From NCBI RefSeq assembly GCF_009914755.1, contig NC_060936.1: a stretch of 64,000 bases of DNA. One strand, written 5' to 3'. The notes beneath the pieces were generated by a model. The model did no database searches and was not told the DNA's origin. It saw only the letters and a list, made by a program, of their open reading frames with translations. The stretch comes from the human T2T-CHM13v2.0 reference genome, Homo sapiens. Shown piece by piece: positions 28,501 to 41,571 of the stretch. The position numbers and the translations under genes were made by a program. The stretch's first letter is position 1. Every line of letters begins with the position of its first letter.

Positions 28501-29523
28501 CTGAATCAGTTTCATATAGTTACCTGAATAAAAGAAATCAGAAGTTAAAGTTTTCCTGAATAATTCATTTGTCCATGTGTGTATACGTCTGTGTGAGCAT
28601 ATCTTTACCCTTTTATTTATTTTTTAGTCTGAGGTACACCTATGACCAGTTATGTCTTAACTTCCTTTTTTGTTTTGTTTTGCTTTGCTTTGCTTTCCTG
28701 GTTGTGGTGGATGGAAATCTTTGCATTTTTACAGTTCCCAGATGGTTAGAGAGAAAGAAGTTATAATCTCCTTTAGTTTAGGGTTTTGTTGTACTTTTTT
28801 AATCATGACAGAATACTGGAGGGGTTGTCACTAATTCTTCAGTGTTGAAGGTCTCAGGTCAAATTCACCTTTAAGTTTTAAGCCAATTCTCATTCACATA
28901 TTTTAGGAAGTTTTTTTCTGAGGTTGAATTAAATTTTATTGGAAGGAAAATGAAAATAAAAAAAAAAGATCTCAGGTGTGAGATAACCCTACTTCATCAT
29001 GTCATATATTTGTTCACCACCCTTTTGACTTTAGGTGTAATGGACAGATCTAGGAAGCAAAGTGCAGAATGAAAATATCTAGATAAAGTAGTTATAGTTA
29101 AAATAATGTGTTCAGAGTAAATGTTTAATCTCTATGTTTGATTTGCTATAAAAAGAAGGCCTGAATTAATTAGATACTGTAAAGACTACTTCATGCTCCT
29201 TCTAATCATTTGCATTTCTCGAAATGTGGTTTGCTTTTCATAATCATTACCCACACCAATCACAGATATTTTAAAAAGAGAGAAGATAGTTTTAGTCACC
29301 ATTTCAGAAAAATCATTCAGCATAAATGCTGAGTGAGGACAGAATTTTCTTCAGAATATAGTAGGCCTAATTAAAAGGAGAAACCAAAGACATTATTATT
29401 GGTGAGTTAAGGAAAGGTAACTTTGGAAGTTATCATATAATTCTGGCCTATGGTTTCTAAATTAAACTACTATGATTTAGTTTAATTCCTCTGTGTTTCA
29501 ATGGGCAGGTAAGTTTTATTGTG

Positions 29524-29601
29524 GGATTCAGGGCCCTATCTGAGGATACAAATGAATTCAGGCGGATTCAGGGCCCTATCTGAGGATACAAATGAATTCA
29601 G
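29524..29601. repeat. 40-bp-period perfect tandem duplication
   Basis: GGATTCAGGGCCCTATCTGAGGATACAAATGAATTCAG at 29524 and 29564. Confidence 0.95.
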
Positions 29602-31224
29602 CAGGTGAAATTAAGTAAAGTCCAACTGTTGTTCCATTATCTTGATATTTAGGCTGACTTACCTAAACAATTGACTAATTTTTTTCTTTCACTTTGCCAG
29701 GGAAGACAAAGCCTTACTTAATGCACCAGCACATTCTATCTGGTAATGCTTTTAATCATCACAGATTATGATCCAAATATGGGAGATTGAAATACATTTG
29801 AATTATCTTATGAAGTAATTTTATTTCAAGGGACCTATAGTTCTACTTCTCTGGAAGCTCTCATCCTTCTGAACTCTTCTGAACTTGAAGTCTCCTCATT
29901 TCTCTGGCTGACCTACATTCCTGGCTCATTTTTATCTCAAGTTCTCAACAGATCATTTTGCTAAGGAGATAGAATATACCAGATTGGTATTCTATTGCAT
30001 TTCAGTTCTTTCTTGAGAATAGATGGGTGCTGAAGAGGATTTTATGTCAGTTAAATCATTCAAACATGTCTTGTCTTGTTAGTTGACTTTCTGCAGTTTA
30101 CAGAGCAGAAGGCACAAAGTGGAAACTGAATTAATTTCACTGATTCTGAAGGTTTTAGTTATGAATCTTTGTTCTGCCAACCAAGAGAAAAGGGGAAATA
30201 GAGAACTGTTATTTGTTAGGGCATTGCATTATTTCATATTGTTTTAATACACTGAGCAATTTTGAATGGCATATTCTATTTAAATTAGGGAAGAGTAGTG
30301 CAGGCATTCTCTTTTGTCTAGGATCATGTTTGCTCAGAAGGTAACTCCTGTGATCAATAGCAATGATCTCTTGTATCATTGCTATTGATTTTTATGATTA
30401 CAAAGAAGTAGAGAGAAGATTTGGAGGAGAAGAATCTTAAACTTTGAAAATGATAACTTTGCCTGTCATTTGGCTTTGGTTTTAATTTAGTGTTTGTATA
30501 CATGAAGATAAGCATGTGCAAAATAAGGACACCAGAGTTGACAGTAAAGGCTAACTTGGGTAATAGGCAGGAACTACAATGGGTGATGGAAATTACTTAT
30601 ATTTTCTATTGGAAAATATATTGTGATAGCAAATTGTAATGTCTCTTCAAGGCTAAAAGTGTTGCATGTAAAATTAGGAAACTTACAGAACTGGATTATC
30701 AAAAAGGTAAAATGAGAATTTCCTCAGTACTTAGTGGGATTGATTCGTAGAGTTGATTTTGATATCAGTGTACATTGATTTATACTGTTTATATTTTTAA
30801 AAATAGCAACTGAAGGAAATAAAATGTGCTTTCTAGGCTTTGGATAGTGGGCTTCATGCAAATCAAGATACATGCAAACAAGACAGGGCACCATCACACC
30901 CAAATATTTTTCTAGTTTTTTTTTTTTTTGGTACAGATGCACTGATGGATTTGCAGTGGGGGATTTCTGGCTATATCACAGTACATAAAAAAAATGATGA
31001 GAGAACTTGTAATAGCAAAAAATTAATAGCCACCTAAACCTGACCCTGAAGTCAGAATTGAATTATTCTTAGTTTCCAACCTCTGCTCTTGTCCATGTGT
31101 TTATAGGAAACTTGGAAATACATTACTTTTAACTAATTTGATTTTCACCCTAGAAGGTTATCTTTTATTTTTTAAATTTTTGAATGGCAGTTTTATTTTA
31201 TATGGGAATAGCTCTCCAAAGAAC

Positions 31225-31660
31225 AGACACTTCACTGCATTGAAATCAGATTGGGTCTCAGTTCTACTACCTGTGAACATGGGCAGGTTGCTTAATCTCC
31301 CATTTGTAAAACGGGAAGTAACACCTGCCCTGCCCTACTGAAGTAAGATAATGCTTGGAAAGTCACTTTGGAAACTAAGAAAATTGGTAAGTATTATATT
31401 TGTGGGTAGCATTTTAAAATAAGGGGAGGGAAAAGAAATTACATTTGACTAAGTGCTAAATGCCATAGCTTTTGTCAGGCACTTTATATATATGTTAGCT
31501 CCTTTAATCCTCTGATTTAGGCATTGTGGTCTTCATTCCACAAATGAGAAAACTGTGATTCAAAGATGTAAACAGGACATATCTGATATTCAACTCTGGT
31601 AAATGGTAGCACCTGGGTTTGAATTCACTTTAATTCTAAAGCTTATACTCTTTCCACTAC
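31225..31660. mobile_element. Two MIR fragments in opposite orientation (~31225-31375 +, ~31440-31660 -)
   Basis: MIR core-like motifs (GGGCAGGTTGCTTAATCTC..TTTGTAAAACGGG; ACAAATGAGAAAACTG..GGGTTTGAATTC). Confidence 0.6.
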
Positions 31661-31990
31661 CATGTGCTGAATGTTCTGTAAAATATTTGTTACAAGGTAG
31701 ATTTCTGTTATCTCCAGTAACCTGAAATGCAGGTTGGAAATTACGCTTTGGGAAACCTTTGAAGGGCCACTCCAAAGGTTATAAAGGGATTGGAAATGTA
31801 TGCCTTCTGCGACTGATACCCACAAGACTTCTGGTTCCCAAATAATATCATGGGGCTATGTCTTTGGGAATTGTAACACATCCAGAAGTTTTCTTCTTTG
31901 CTAAATGAGAGGGCTAGGTGAAATTATCTCTAGTTTTACTGAACTCTAGAATTCTGATGATAAGAGGGAAATAAGACACACATATAAACA

Positions 31991-32156
31991 CTTTTCCTTC
32001 CTTTCCTCTTGCCCTCCCTCCCTCCCTTCTTCCTCCTTCCTTTTTTTCCTTCCTTCCTTCTTTCCTTCCCTCCCTCACTCCCTCCCTTCCTCCCTTCCTC
32101 CCTCCCTCCCTCCGTTCCTCCCTGCCTCTCTCTTTGCCTCCCTCCTTCCCTTCCTT
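31991..32156. repeat. Polypyrimidine (CCTT/CCCT)n low-complexity tract
   Basis: ~165 nt almost entirely C/T on the + strand. Confidence 0.95.
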
Positions 32157-33618
32157 CAACAAGTATATAGTGAACACCTCCTGTACACGAGGCACTAGTG
32201 CTAAGCACTGTTTTCAAGCTCAAGAGATGTATTTGCTAGTGAATTTCTTTCCTAATTAGTTTTTAAAATATGCAGTACATTGAAGAGCCTGGAGTACAGA
32301 ACTTCTTAGAGAAAGAAATAATTATATTTCCCATTTAACATTTCTCCTAATCTTCATGGACTTGCTTCTAAATATATCATAAAATTAAGTGTACAGTTTT
32401 GAATCTGAAGTTTAAAACATAAAAATATTAATGAGGGCAAACAAGGGAGAAATGACACTTTTAATGAGATATGATTGTTGTAAATATTCGCATAATAGTG
32501 CTGGTAACAGTCTGAAATTTCAGTTCTTACCAATGAGAATTCCGACCATATCTCCCTTTTCTCTCTTGATGTGAGCAATAAATAGTGAGAATTAGTTATG
32601 CCTCTGTTATACATGGGTTTGTAGTATAAAGCCAAATTCTATTCTGGCAAAGGAAAACCAAATATACACTTCTACAGTATTGCATATGTTAAAACAAAAC
32701 AAGCCTCCTGAATGTTTTGTTTGTCTTTTTTGAAAAATAATATCCTGAAGAGCATTAAACACAGGAAAACAATATTAAAGCTGATGTTTTCCAATATGTA
32801 AAAATCCTGGATCTAAGCTGGTTTACAAACTAAAACCCTAACTTGTTTTGCAGCCTTTGTGGAGTTTGATTAGAATGATTAAATAATGTGGGTTTTAAAG
32901 AACAATGAAAACCTCCCAGATTGACGCCACACAGCACAGCTAATGTGTTTCTTCTAGATGTAGTCTCAGAAGAGGGTTTCAGTTTACATGTAACACTGGC
33001 CTGAACGACCAAGGAGCAAGTTTGCTTTTAACAAGTCCGAGTGATAATCGTGATATTTTGCCCTTTAGTTAATGGTGCAAATTTTATTTCTCAATAGGCT
33101 TTTTGTAAATGAGATGCTCATTTAAAAGTCATCTTATTTGCAGGGCTTTTTCTGTTTTTGAGAGATTTGCTTTCTCTGATTTTGAAATACAGTGAAACTC
33201 TTTCAGAAAAAAAACCTCTCTCTTCAATAGATTTTAGATACACCCAGATCACATCATGGCCCCTGAAACATAACAACCGTGCAGAAAAAGCCTGGTGTAG
33301 CACTGTTAACTTCTAAGGTCAATAGGCTCCTTCTCCCACCCTGACTTCACACCCCCTTTTCAATAAAAAGGATTTCTATTTTCCATGTTTGTGTAATTTA
33401 CTACTGGGTTAACTGTGCAATCTTACAGTTGCTTCCAAAGATTAAGTCAGATGCTGCTTCTGTGCTAGAGAACTCCACACTCATGTATAACTCACTATGC
33501 AATAGCCAAAGGGATCCTTAAAAGCCTCATTCTAAAGGTGACAGATGGGTGTGAAGGAATACTTGCATTGACCAAGGCTTCTGTGAGAGGAAACTAACTT
33601 GAAGAAAAACTCCCTTTC

Positions 33619-33910
<292 letters not shown>

Positions 33911-34429
33911 TTAGGAGTGAAAGAACACTTATGGAGCACCTCATGGGAGGCAGGAACTTCTAAGTACTTCTAGGAATGATGTCTCACAGGAGGAGTCATC
34001 TCCATTGCACGGATGAAACCAAATTGAGGTCTTCAAGGACCTGCCCAAAGTCATAAAGCTAAAATGGAAGAGCAGGAATTGGAATCTAAGCGTTCCAAGG
34101 TAGAGTCTGTGATCTTCTCAGGGCACCTCCCTCTCCATGAGGCAATGCTCTGAAGAGGGTATTATTTACTTGACACTCTGGGCTTTCGCTAAATTCATGC
34201 CCTTGGGACTGAAGGTAAGACAATGCCACTAACCTCTGACAACAAATGATTCCTTTGTGGAGCCATTCAAAAGTGATAATAAACAATGATTCAGAGTGTC
34301 CAAATCAGATGGTTAGATAGAACCCCTAAAGGCTACCAGGTTTTCTTTTGTCCTGGGAAATTAACTGAATCAGTGACAATTTTAGTTTCCTAAAGTATTT
34401 TTTTATGGTAGCAAATGCTTGTATACTAC

Positions 34430-34695
34430 CGGGTAGTAGCATTGTTAAGAGGCTAGGAGCACAGTCTTTACAGTTAGACAAAACTGGGTTCAAATCCCAG
34501 GTCTGCCACTTACCTGCTTTGTTTGTGACCTTGAGCCAGTTGTATACCTAACCTATCTAAGACTTAGTTGTTCATCTACAAAATAAGAGGAATAATAATA
34601 CCCACTTTATAAGGCTGCTGTAAGGATTAACGTAACACATGTGACTGACAATCGAGTGCCTGGGATATTTTAAATGCTCAATATTTGTGAGTTAA
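34430..34695 (+). mobile_element. MIR
   Basis: CTGGGTTCAAATCCCAG..TGTGACCTTGAG..CATCTACAAAATAAG..GTAAGGATTAA..AATGCTCAATA. Confidence 0.8.
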
Positions 34696-36020
34696 CATTA
34701 CAGTCATATAGAGTTTGCGTTAATTCATGGGACCTGTTGGATAGTAATGCCAGATCAGGGAGATACTATTTGGTGAGAAATGTTGTGGCTTATTTTATCT
34801 CTCATCTACCTGTCTGTCTATCTGCCTATCCATCTATCCGTTTGTCAACTATCATGTAAAGCTATTTGTTTTTACCAGGCAGATTGAAGAGAAAAAGAGG
34901 AAAGTTTCATTTGGCAGTGTAGACAGTCAATATCACTGTACCAAGTACCCCCACCGGCTGCTAACTCAGATAACAAAAGTAAAATGTGGAACAAGGTATC
35001 CTGGTTCAAGTTACCTGTATTTGTGTGTTAATATAGCCATGGATGATTCTTATACATGAAACAATATGTACTAAGTTTTCTTTATCCTAAAAAGCAGGAA
35101 CACGTTTTTATAGATGTATGTGATATGTGTGTGTATTGGTGTGTTGTTGTGTATGAAGATTGGACTAGGGCTGACAAAAACGGAAAAACTAATTGCTTTA
35201 TAAATAATGTTAACAACTGTGATATCAGAAAAATCTTCTGTGAAGTAAAGCAATGAAATAAACTCTCAAGATAGAAATGTATTCATGTTAAGTGTGGGAT
35301 TATGGTTAATAAAGTACATTTTTAATTAATCATTATTTCTAGGCACATATAGTTTTAATCACTGGGACAAACTGATGATTTCTGCCTGCTTTTTTTTCCT
35401 CTGCTTTAGGTGAACTGATTGACAGGTGATTGTTTCAGGCAAGGAACATTAAATTAAACATGTAGAAGTGTGCAAATATTTGTTATTTTGAATTAGAATG
35501 CTTGTGTATTCTTTTTCACATTTATACTTGCTTTTGACTACCAATATAGGTAGAAGAGCTTTGTAAATTGTAAAGTAATATGTCAATATTAATTTTTGCA
35601 ACTTTAGTTGTGACATGGAAAGAATCTTGATCATCTTAAGAAATATTAATTTTCTAAAATACTAACTTATGTAGTTACAGAATGTGGGGATAATGTTTTT
35701 AATATGGACAGAAATAAAAGCAAAATAGCTTTTGAAAAAGCATTTTCATGTATTTCAGAAGAGATCACTACAGGGGGTGTCTTTTAGGGCGAGGGGTTGC
35801 ATAGATACCTCTTTACATCATGCAATGAAGAAGAATCTACTCAGAAATGTGGAAAAAGATTAACCTTAGAGGAGACGAAGTTTGTTAAAAAAAACAAAAA
35901 AAAAAAAACCGATACGTCATCTGCAAAGCAGAACATTCTTACTTCAAATGTGTCCCTTGGTGCAGTACTTATAAACAATGTCAGGTAGAAAACTATAATG
36001 ACTTCCTTTTTCATTTGCAG

Positions 36021-36071
36021 AAAGCAGAAGCCACTGGAGAAAAACGGCCAAGAGGCAGACCTAGGAAATGG
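36021..36071 (+). CDS. HMGA2: HMGA2 exon 3 (aa 67-83, AT-hook 3)
   Basis: Acceptor CTTCCTTTTTCATTTGCAG|; KAEATGEKRPRGRPRKW; donor TGG|GTGAGT; 51 nt; CDS continues beyond the window. Confidence 0.99.
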
Positions 36072-37689
36072 GTGAGTAATAAGATATAATTTTTCTTCTT
36101 TTTTTTAAAGAAAAATTTCTGTTGTATTAAATGAGAAAAGTTTTATTTCGTCGATTACATGAATTTCCAACTTCTGGTTTGATGAATCTTTGAAAGGGTT
36201 AAGTCAAGAGACAAATTATCATCACTTCCTACCACTAGGCTCCAGGTGTTTACGTAGAACACTTTTCTTTCCTGAAGGTGGACTCATTTTTCTATCTCTT
36301 ATCAACATCAAAAGAGGCTCCACTCTTCCTTCAAATAGGGTAACAATGAGATGATTTGTTCAGTAGATTGAGTAACTAAAGTTAAAGGGTATTATGAAGC
36401 CTTGGAAGTTGATTACAAATGGTGTTAAAATTCATACACAATGTGTATGTGATAACTTTTTAACGTTTTTCTTTTTTCTTTTTCTTTCTTTTTCTTTTTC
36501 TTTTTTTTTTTTGGTTTTCTCCATGGCTTTTGTTTGGACACATCTCATTTTCTAGATGGTTTGTGTTTTCTTTTTCACATGGCTTTGTTAGGAAGCAAGG
36601 GTTTATTTTGAGTTTTTCTTGCTTCCCTTAGTAGTCATTCTCCACATGCAAACATTAGAGATAGCTGTATCCATACAAGTGCACCTGATCCTATAGGCAC
36701 ACAGATCCTGTATCTTTTGAGGCCAGAAATTCAGTGGTCACTGAAGAGCTTTGCTAATTTTACTGCTTGAACTTTGTTCCCTTGTTTGCTGTGTTACCCA
36801 TGTTCTTCTGGTCTGTCTTTCCCACTGACGGAGAAAAGAAGTCCTAAAAATGAATGAAATCGTTTCTCAAGAAGGATGAGGGCATCCTTTATACCCAGTG
36901 TTGCATATGATGGGTTCTTTGGCTTTGCTTTTTCCTCTTCCTCAATTCTTTCTTCATGCTTCAAATTTTAAAAAGATTTTTTTTTTCTGTTATGCTGGAT
37001 TATATGTTCCTGTTTGCCATTCCTTTCTCCTCTAGAGTTCTGCATCACTTTCTATTTATACTTTGGTATTGCCTTTCTTTTAATTTATTCATCTTATATT
37101 TTTCCTCTGCTCAACATGTGTTGGGATTAGATTTCTTAGCATAAGGAAATGGGATGATCTTTAGATGAAAAACATCTCAGTGTTAAAATGTGACCTTAAA
37201 GTAAGGATATTTCATTCAACCTTCTGTTCATTAAATTAGTTCTCTCCAAACCTACTTATCAAGTGGTGATCATCTAGCGTGCTTGATTACCTTTAAAGTT
37301 AGGGAACTTGCTACCTCTCAAGGCTGCCTCTTTCTTCTAGGAAAGCTCTGCACATTAGAAAATTGTTCCATCTGACTACCTGTAACTTCCGTCCACTGTC
37401 TCTAGGTCATCCTTCTGGGAATATATAGAGTAATTGTTTTCACTTTCACTCATGATAGCCCTGCAAACGGTTGAGGGCAATTAACACATACTGTTTGTAT
37501 GTATCTGTGTTTGTATGTAACACATACTCCAGTTTTCTCATTTTTTCCCCATAAAGGAACATTCTTGTTATTCTTTTCTGAACATGTTTGTTCGTTAATC
37601 TTTTGAAAGATGTCACCTAGAACTAAATATCATATTTCAAGTGTGGGTTCCATAAACAGTGGGTTTATCACCTTCCTTGTTGTACATAT

Positions 37690-38135
37690 GGTTCCAGTTA
37701 TCGATTGCTGCATAGTTAACCACTCTAAAACTTAATAGTGTAAAAAAACTATTTTATTATGCATATGGATTCTTTGGGTCAAGGATAGGCAGGGTAGAGC
37801 AGAAAGTCTTGTCTCTGCTCCATGATGTCTGGGGCCTCCACTGGGAAGACTCAAGCATCAGGGGATGACTTTAATACTTGGGATCCAGAATCTGGAGCTG
37901 TTTCACTTACAAATCTGGTGCTTTATCAAGATTGGCTGGAAATCTGGGCGGATCTGGGAGTGCGTGCACTGGATCACCCATACATGGCCTCCCCAGGATA
38001 ATCAGGCTTCTTACATGCACTCAGGACTACCTCTGGGAATTTTCTGGTAACTGAGGAGGAAGCTGCAAGGCCTTTTTTGCCTTAGACTCGGAAGTCAAAA
38101 ACTGCTGCTTCCATTATACTCTAATGAGCACATTG
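37690..38135 (-). mobile_element. MLT1-type MaLR LTR, degenerate
   Basis: TATCGATTGCTGCATA..AACCACTCTAAAACTTA..TGTCTCTGCTCCATGATGTCTGGGGCCTC. Confidence 0.6.
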
Positions 38136-39629
38136 TTGACTAAGTTGATACTGGCATACATATCAAATAGAGATCTGCTGTTTTCTAAGCATCAGAACTC
38201 TGAAAGGACATCCCATACCATTGAACTAATTAATAAGAAAGACGTGTATAATCTTTCTAATAGGCAACATAATAGAAAATAGATGAGTTCTTTGAAGCCA
38301 TGGGATTAATGTGGCTAAAATGAAATTAAATTGCAAGCGAATACAGTGGCAGTTAACCAGCAAACTAACCTCCATCATATGGGGCCTCTTAACTCTCTCA
38401 GCCTTTCATCTCCTCTGCCCTTGGGCTGTCCTATAATGGTCACCAATTCACCTCCATAGGTTAGAGTCCTGTCTTCTCCGAACCTTCCTATGGCTCCACA
38501 TCTGGCCAGCTAGTTAATTACAGCCTGCCCTAGTACTTCGAAGTCATTCAGTTTACATCTACCTTTCTTTACAGTTTTCTTTCTCACCACACATCCTTAA
38601 ACAGTTGATGATTCAGCCAAGCAGGAGTAAACTATAGAGCAATTAAAGGATATATATGTTTTTTTTCTTAACGGATTCTTGCTAATTTAGGGGGGATCTG
38701 GATTTCAGGCATCAGATCTTCCTGCTGGGTAAGAAGCACATGTGAGGCCCCCACCACAGAAATCCTTGCCTTTCTGAGAATAGCTGGGCCATTTTCTTTG
38801 ACTCTCCTGGTTTCTAATTTTTACTGGCTGTGAGAATGGAAAATATTATGTGGTGAATTGTTACAAGTCCCTGATTTGGTCCCCAAAGAAGAGTTGTTCT
38901 ACTGAGAAGAGGAAATAAAAGGAAATTGTATATTTTTTCTAGACAGTGTGTTTCCTCTTTGCTTGTATATCTTCTGTTGGGTAGAGTATGCAGCCAGTCA
39001 CAGCAAGGCATTCCGTTCAATGGCATTCTTTGCTGGAAAGCTTGTGCTGAAGAAATAAATCATTGCGTTTTCCATAGGAAATGGGCTTATACTTTATAGC
39101 AAGTTCAATTCTTTCCAACAGTGTCATTCACCGATTTCCTTGAGTTAGAGATATATTTTTGAACCGACTGGATTCATTAGGTATATGGGTTAGAAGCCAA
39201 ATTGTTCCCCTTTTATTCTTGTGGGATATTTTGCTTTGTTTTAAAGTTCTTGTGCTTCTAAAACTTGTTCCAGTAGATATTATAGATTCATGTAAGAGGC
39301 CTGGGAAAAGATACCTACCGAGGAATCCTCTGATCTGATGTAATTGGGATCCATATGGGTAGGTGTGGGAGAGAAACTTGCATCAGTCTTGCTTTCAGAG
39401 GGGATGAAGCATTGGCCAATTCAGTGATCTAACGAGTGTGTTAACTAGATTTGCTTAAGAACACTTCTATTGTTTACTTTAATTCCCTTCATCTTTTTTT
39501 TTTTTTATCCCCCTAGTTTGAACTGGATTTCAGATCTATTGTTTTTATGAGGTGGTCTGATTTTCATGTGTGTGCGTGTGTGTGTAGAAGAGGCTAGAGG
39601 TAAATTGGGTCTCTTTTTTTCCTGGCTTT

Positions 39630-39865
39630 TTATAGTTAAGAGCTCAGGCTCTGGATTCAGATGGCTTGGGTTCAAATTCTGGTCCGTCACTTAGCTAACT
39701 GGAGTCTTAAGAAAATCACATGACCTTTAAAGGTCCAGTTTCCTCATCTGCAAAAGGTATATTTCTCATAGAGTTGTAAGGATTAAATGAGATAATGCAT
39801 GCAAAGGGCTTAATAAAGAGCATGGCACATAGGTAGTGCTCAGTAAATGTTGGAAATTATGATTA
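39630..39865 (+). mobile_element. MIR
   Basis: GTTAAGAGCTCAGGCTCTGG..GGGTTCAAATTCTGG..CAGTTTCCTCATCTGCAAAA..GGATTAAATGAGATAATGCATG. Confidence 0.85.
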
Positions 39866-40092
39866 ATTTCACTGTACACTTTCATTTTGACATTAGCTGT
39901 AGGCTAAACCTTAATTACTTACAGCCACCAGTAGTTACACATAGAATGAAGTAACAGAGTTATATGTCAGACTAACCAAGTACCCTTGACAGTATCATTA
40001 TGTCCTCAATATATTTATGCTGAATATTAATCAAGTTTAAGAACTGCTTATAAATAATACTAAAGAACATTTTAATTCTCTTTGCTATTAAG

Positions 40093-40116
40093 GAGGAGTT
40101 TTACATTGCAGCTTAG
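40093..40116 (+). CDS. HMGA2: HMGA2 alternative terminal exon, coding part (EEFYIAA*)
   Basis: Acceptor TTTTAATTCTCTTTGCTATTAAG|GAG; in frame with exon 3; AATAAA at 40403-40408; matches my recollection of an annotated short HMGA2 isoform C-terminus. Confidence 0.7.
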   Translation, partial: EEFYIAA

Positions 40117-41165
40117 AAGCCTTTCTTCCAATAGCAGAGATTTGGTGTCATGTGGTGTTCATCAGTTTGAAAAGAAGTATTTCTGCTGTTTGCCTCAAGA
40201 TGTACATACAGAGATGTGCTGATTCTCAGAACTTCTATAGAATTCCATTAGCCAGTCCTGCCAATTGAAATTTGGCATTTAATTATTTGCATTTTTCTAT
40301 TCTTGCCTAGGAAAGGAGCTCGTCACATACCTAGTTTAGTGATGGAAAGTATTTGGAGAAAGTTTTAGAGAGTGGGGCTCAGGCTCAAGAATACAATGAA
40401 GTAATAAAGTTGTTAACCTCATGTATAAAATCCTCCATCCAGATGTTGCTTAGTGATGCAGCTAGTGCTTCTGGAGGAAAAGAAGCAAGAACCAAATAAT
40501 GAAGACTACATCAATGGGAACAAGTGATACTTTTAGGTGTTTTGTTCTCAGAATATTTTAAAAGAAAGGAAATTAACAACAGAAGAAAAATATTTCCCTA
40601 TATGAATTAATGGTTTTTATAAGAAAAATATCTTTCTGGAGATACTAAGATTGACCTAGAAATTGATCCAAGGACCAGATGCTTAAAGTTCACTTCAATT
40701 GGTCACTAGAAAGATCCCAGCAATCCCCAGCTGGTTTCTCAGGCTGCTGATTCCCTTTATTTGGTAATGGGGTGTGTGCAGTACGTTGATTAAAAAATAT
40801 GCATTTCCATTCCATTGCTTTTGAAGGGGGGCAGTTGTCTTTCTCTTATTAAAGAGCTTGTGATACACAGGAAAGTGATGTAATTTTATATATTAGTCAA
40901 ACGTGAGGATTTTAGATAAGACAGCAAGGGTTTTTTTCCCCTAGTTTGTAGAAATCTAGAAATTTAAGTGATGATTTGAGGATCGAGAAGGGAGAACTGA
41001 ATCAAAATAAAATCTACTACACACATTCTTTGGTTTTGGAATTCTTTGGCTTTATTCTAAAGATCCCAAGCATTAATGCATTGAAGAACCCGGAAATCTG
41101 ATTTTGAAGCTAAAACATTAAGTTTTACATGTCCATTACTGTTTCCCTCCAGAGAGGTTTGCTAC

Positions 41166-41167
<2 letters not shown>

Positions 41168-41201
<34 letters not shown>

Positions 41202-41218
41202 GCACACACACACACACA
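41168..41218. repeat. (CA)n microsatellite, interrupted
   Basis: Two CA runs separated by AG. Confidence 0.95.
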
Positions 41219-41268
41219 AAACAAAAACTTTTAGCTGTTTGTAATTTAAGACTTTCCTTGTTGAAAGT

Positions 41269-41571
41269 GGCTGGGCATGGTGGCTCATGCCTGTAATCCC
41301 AGCACTTTGGGAGGCCAAGGCGGGCAGATCACTTGAGGCCAGGAGTTCGAGACCAGCCTGGCCAACATGGTGAAACCCCATGTCCATCAATAATACAAAA
41401 ACTACCTGAGTGTGGTGGCCCATGCCTGTAGTCCCAGCTATTCAGGAGGCTGAGGTAGGAGAATTGCTTGAACCTGGGAGGCAGAGGTTGCAGTGAGCTT
41501 GGTGATCATGCCACTGCACTACAGCCTGGGCAACAGAGCAAGACTCCATCTCAAAAAAAAAAAAAAAAAAA
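41269..41571 (+). mobile_element. AluS
   Basis: Full-length Alu with A tail. Confidence 0.93.
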
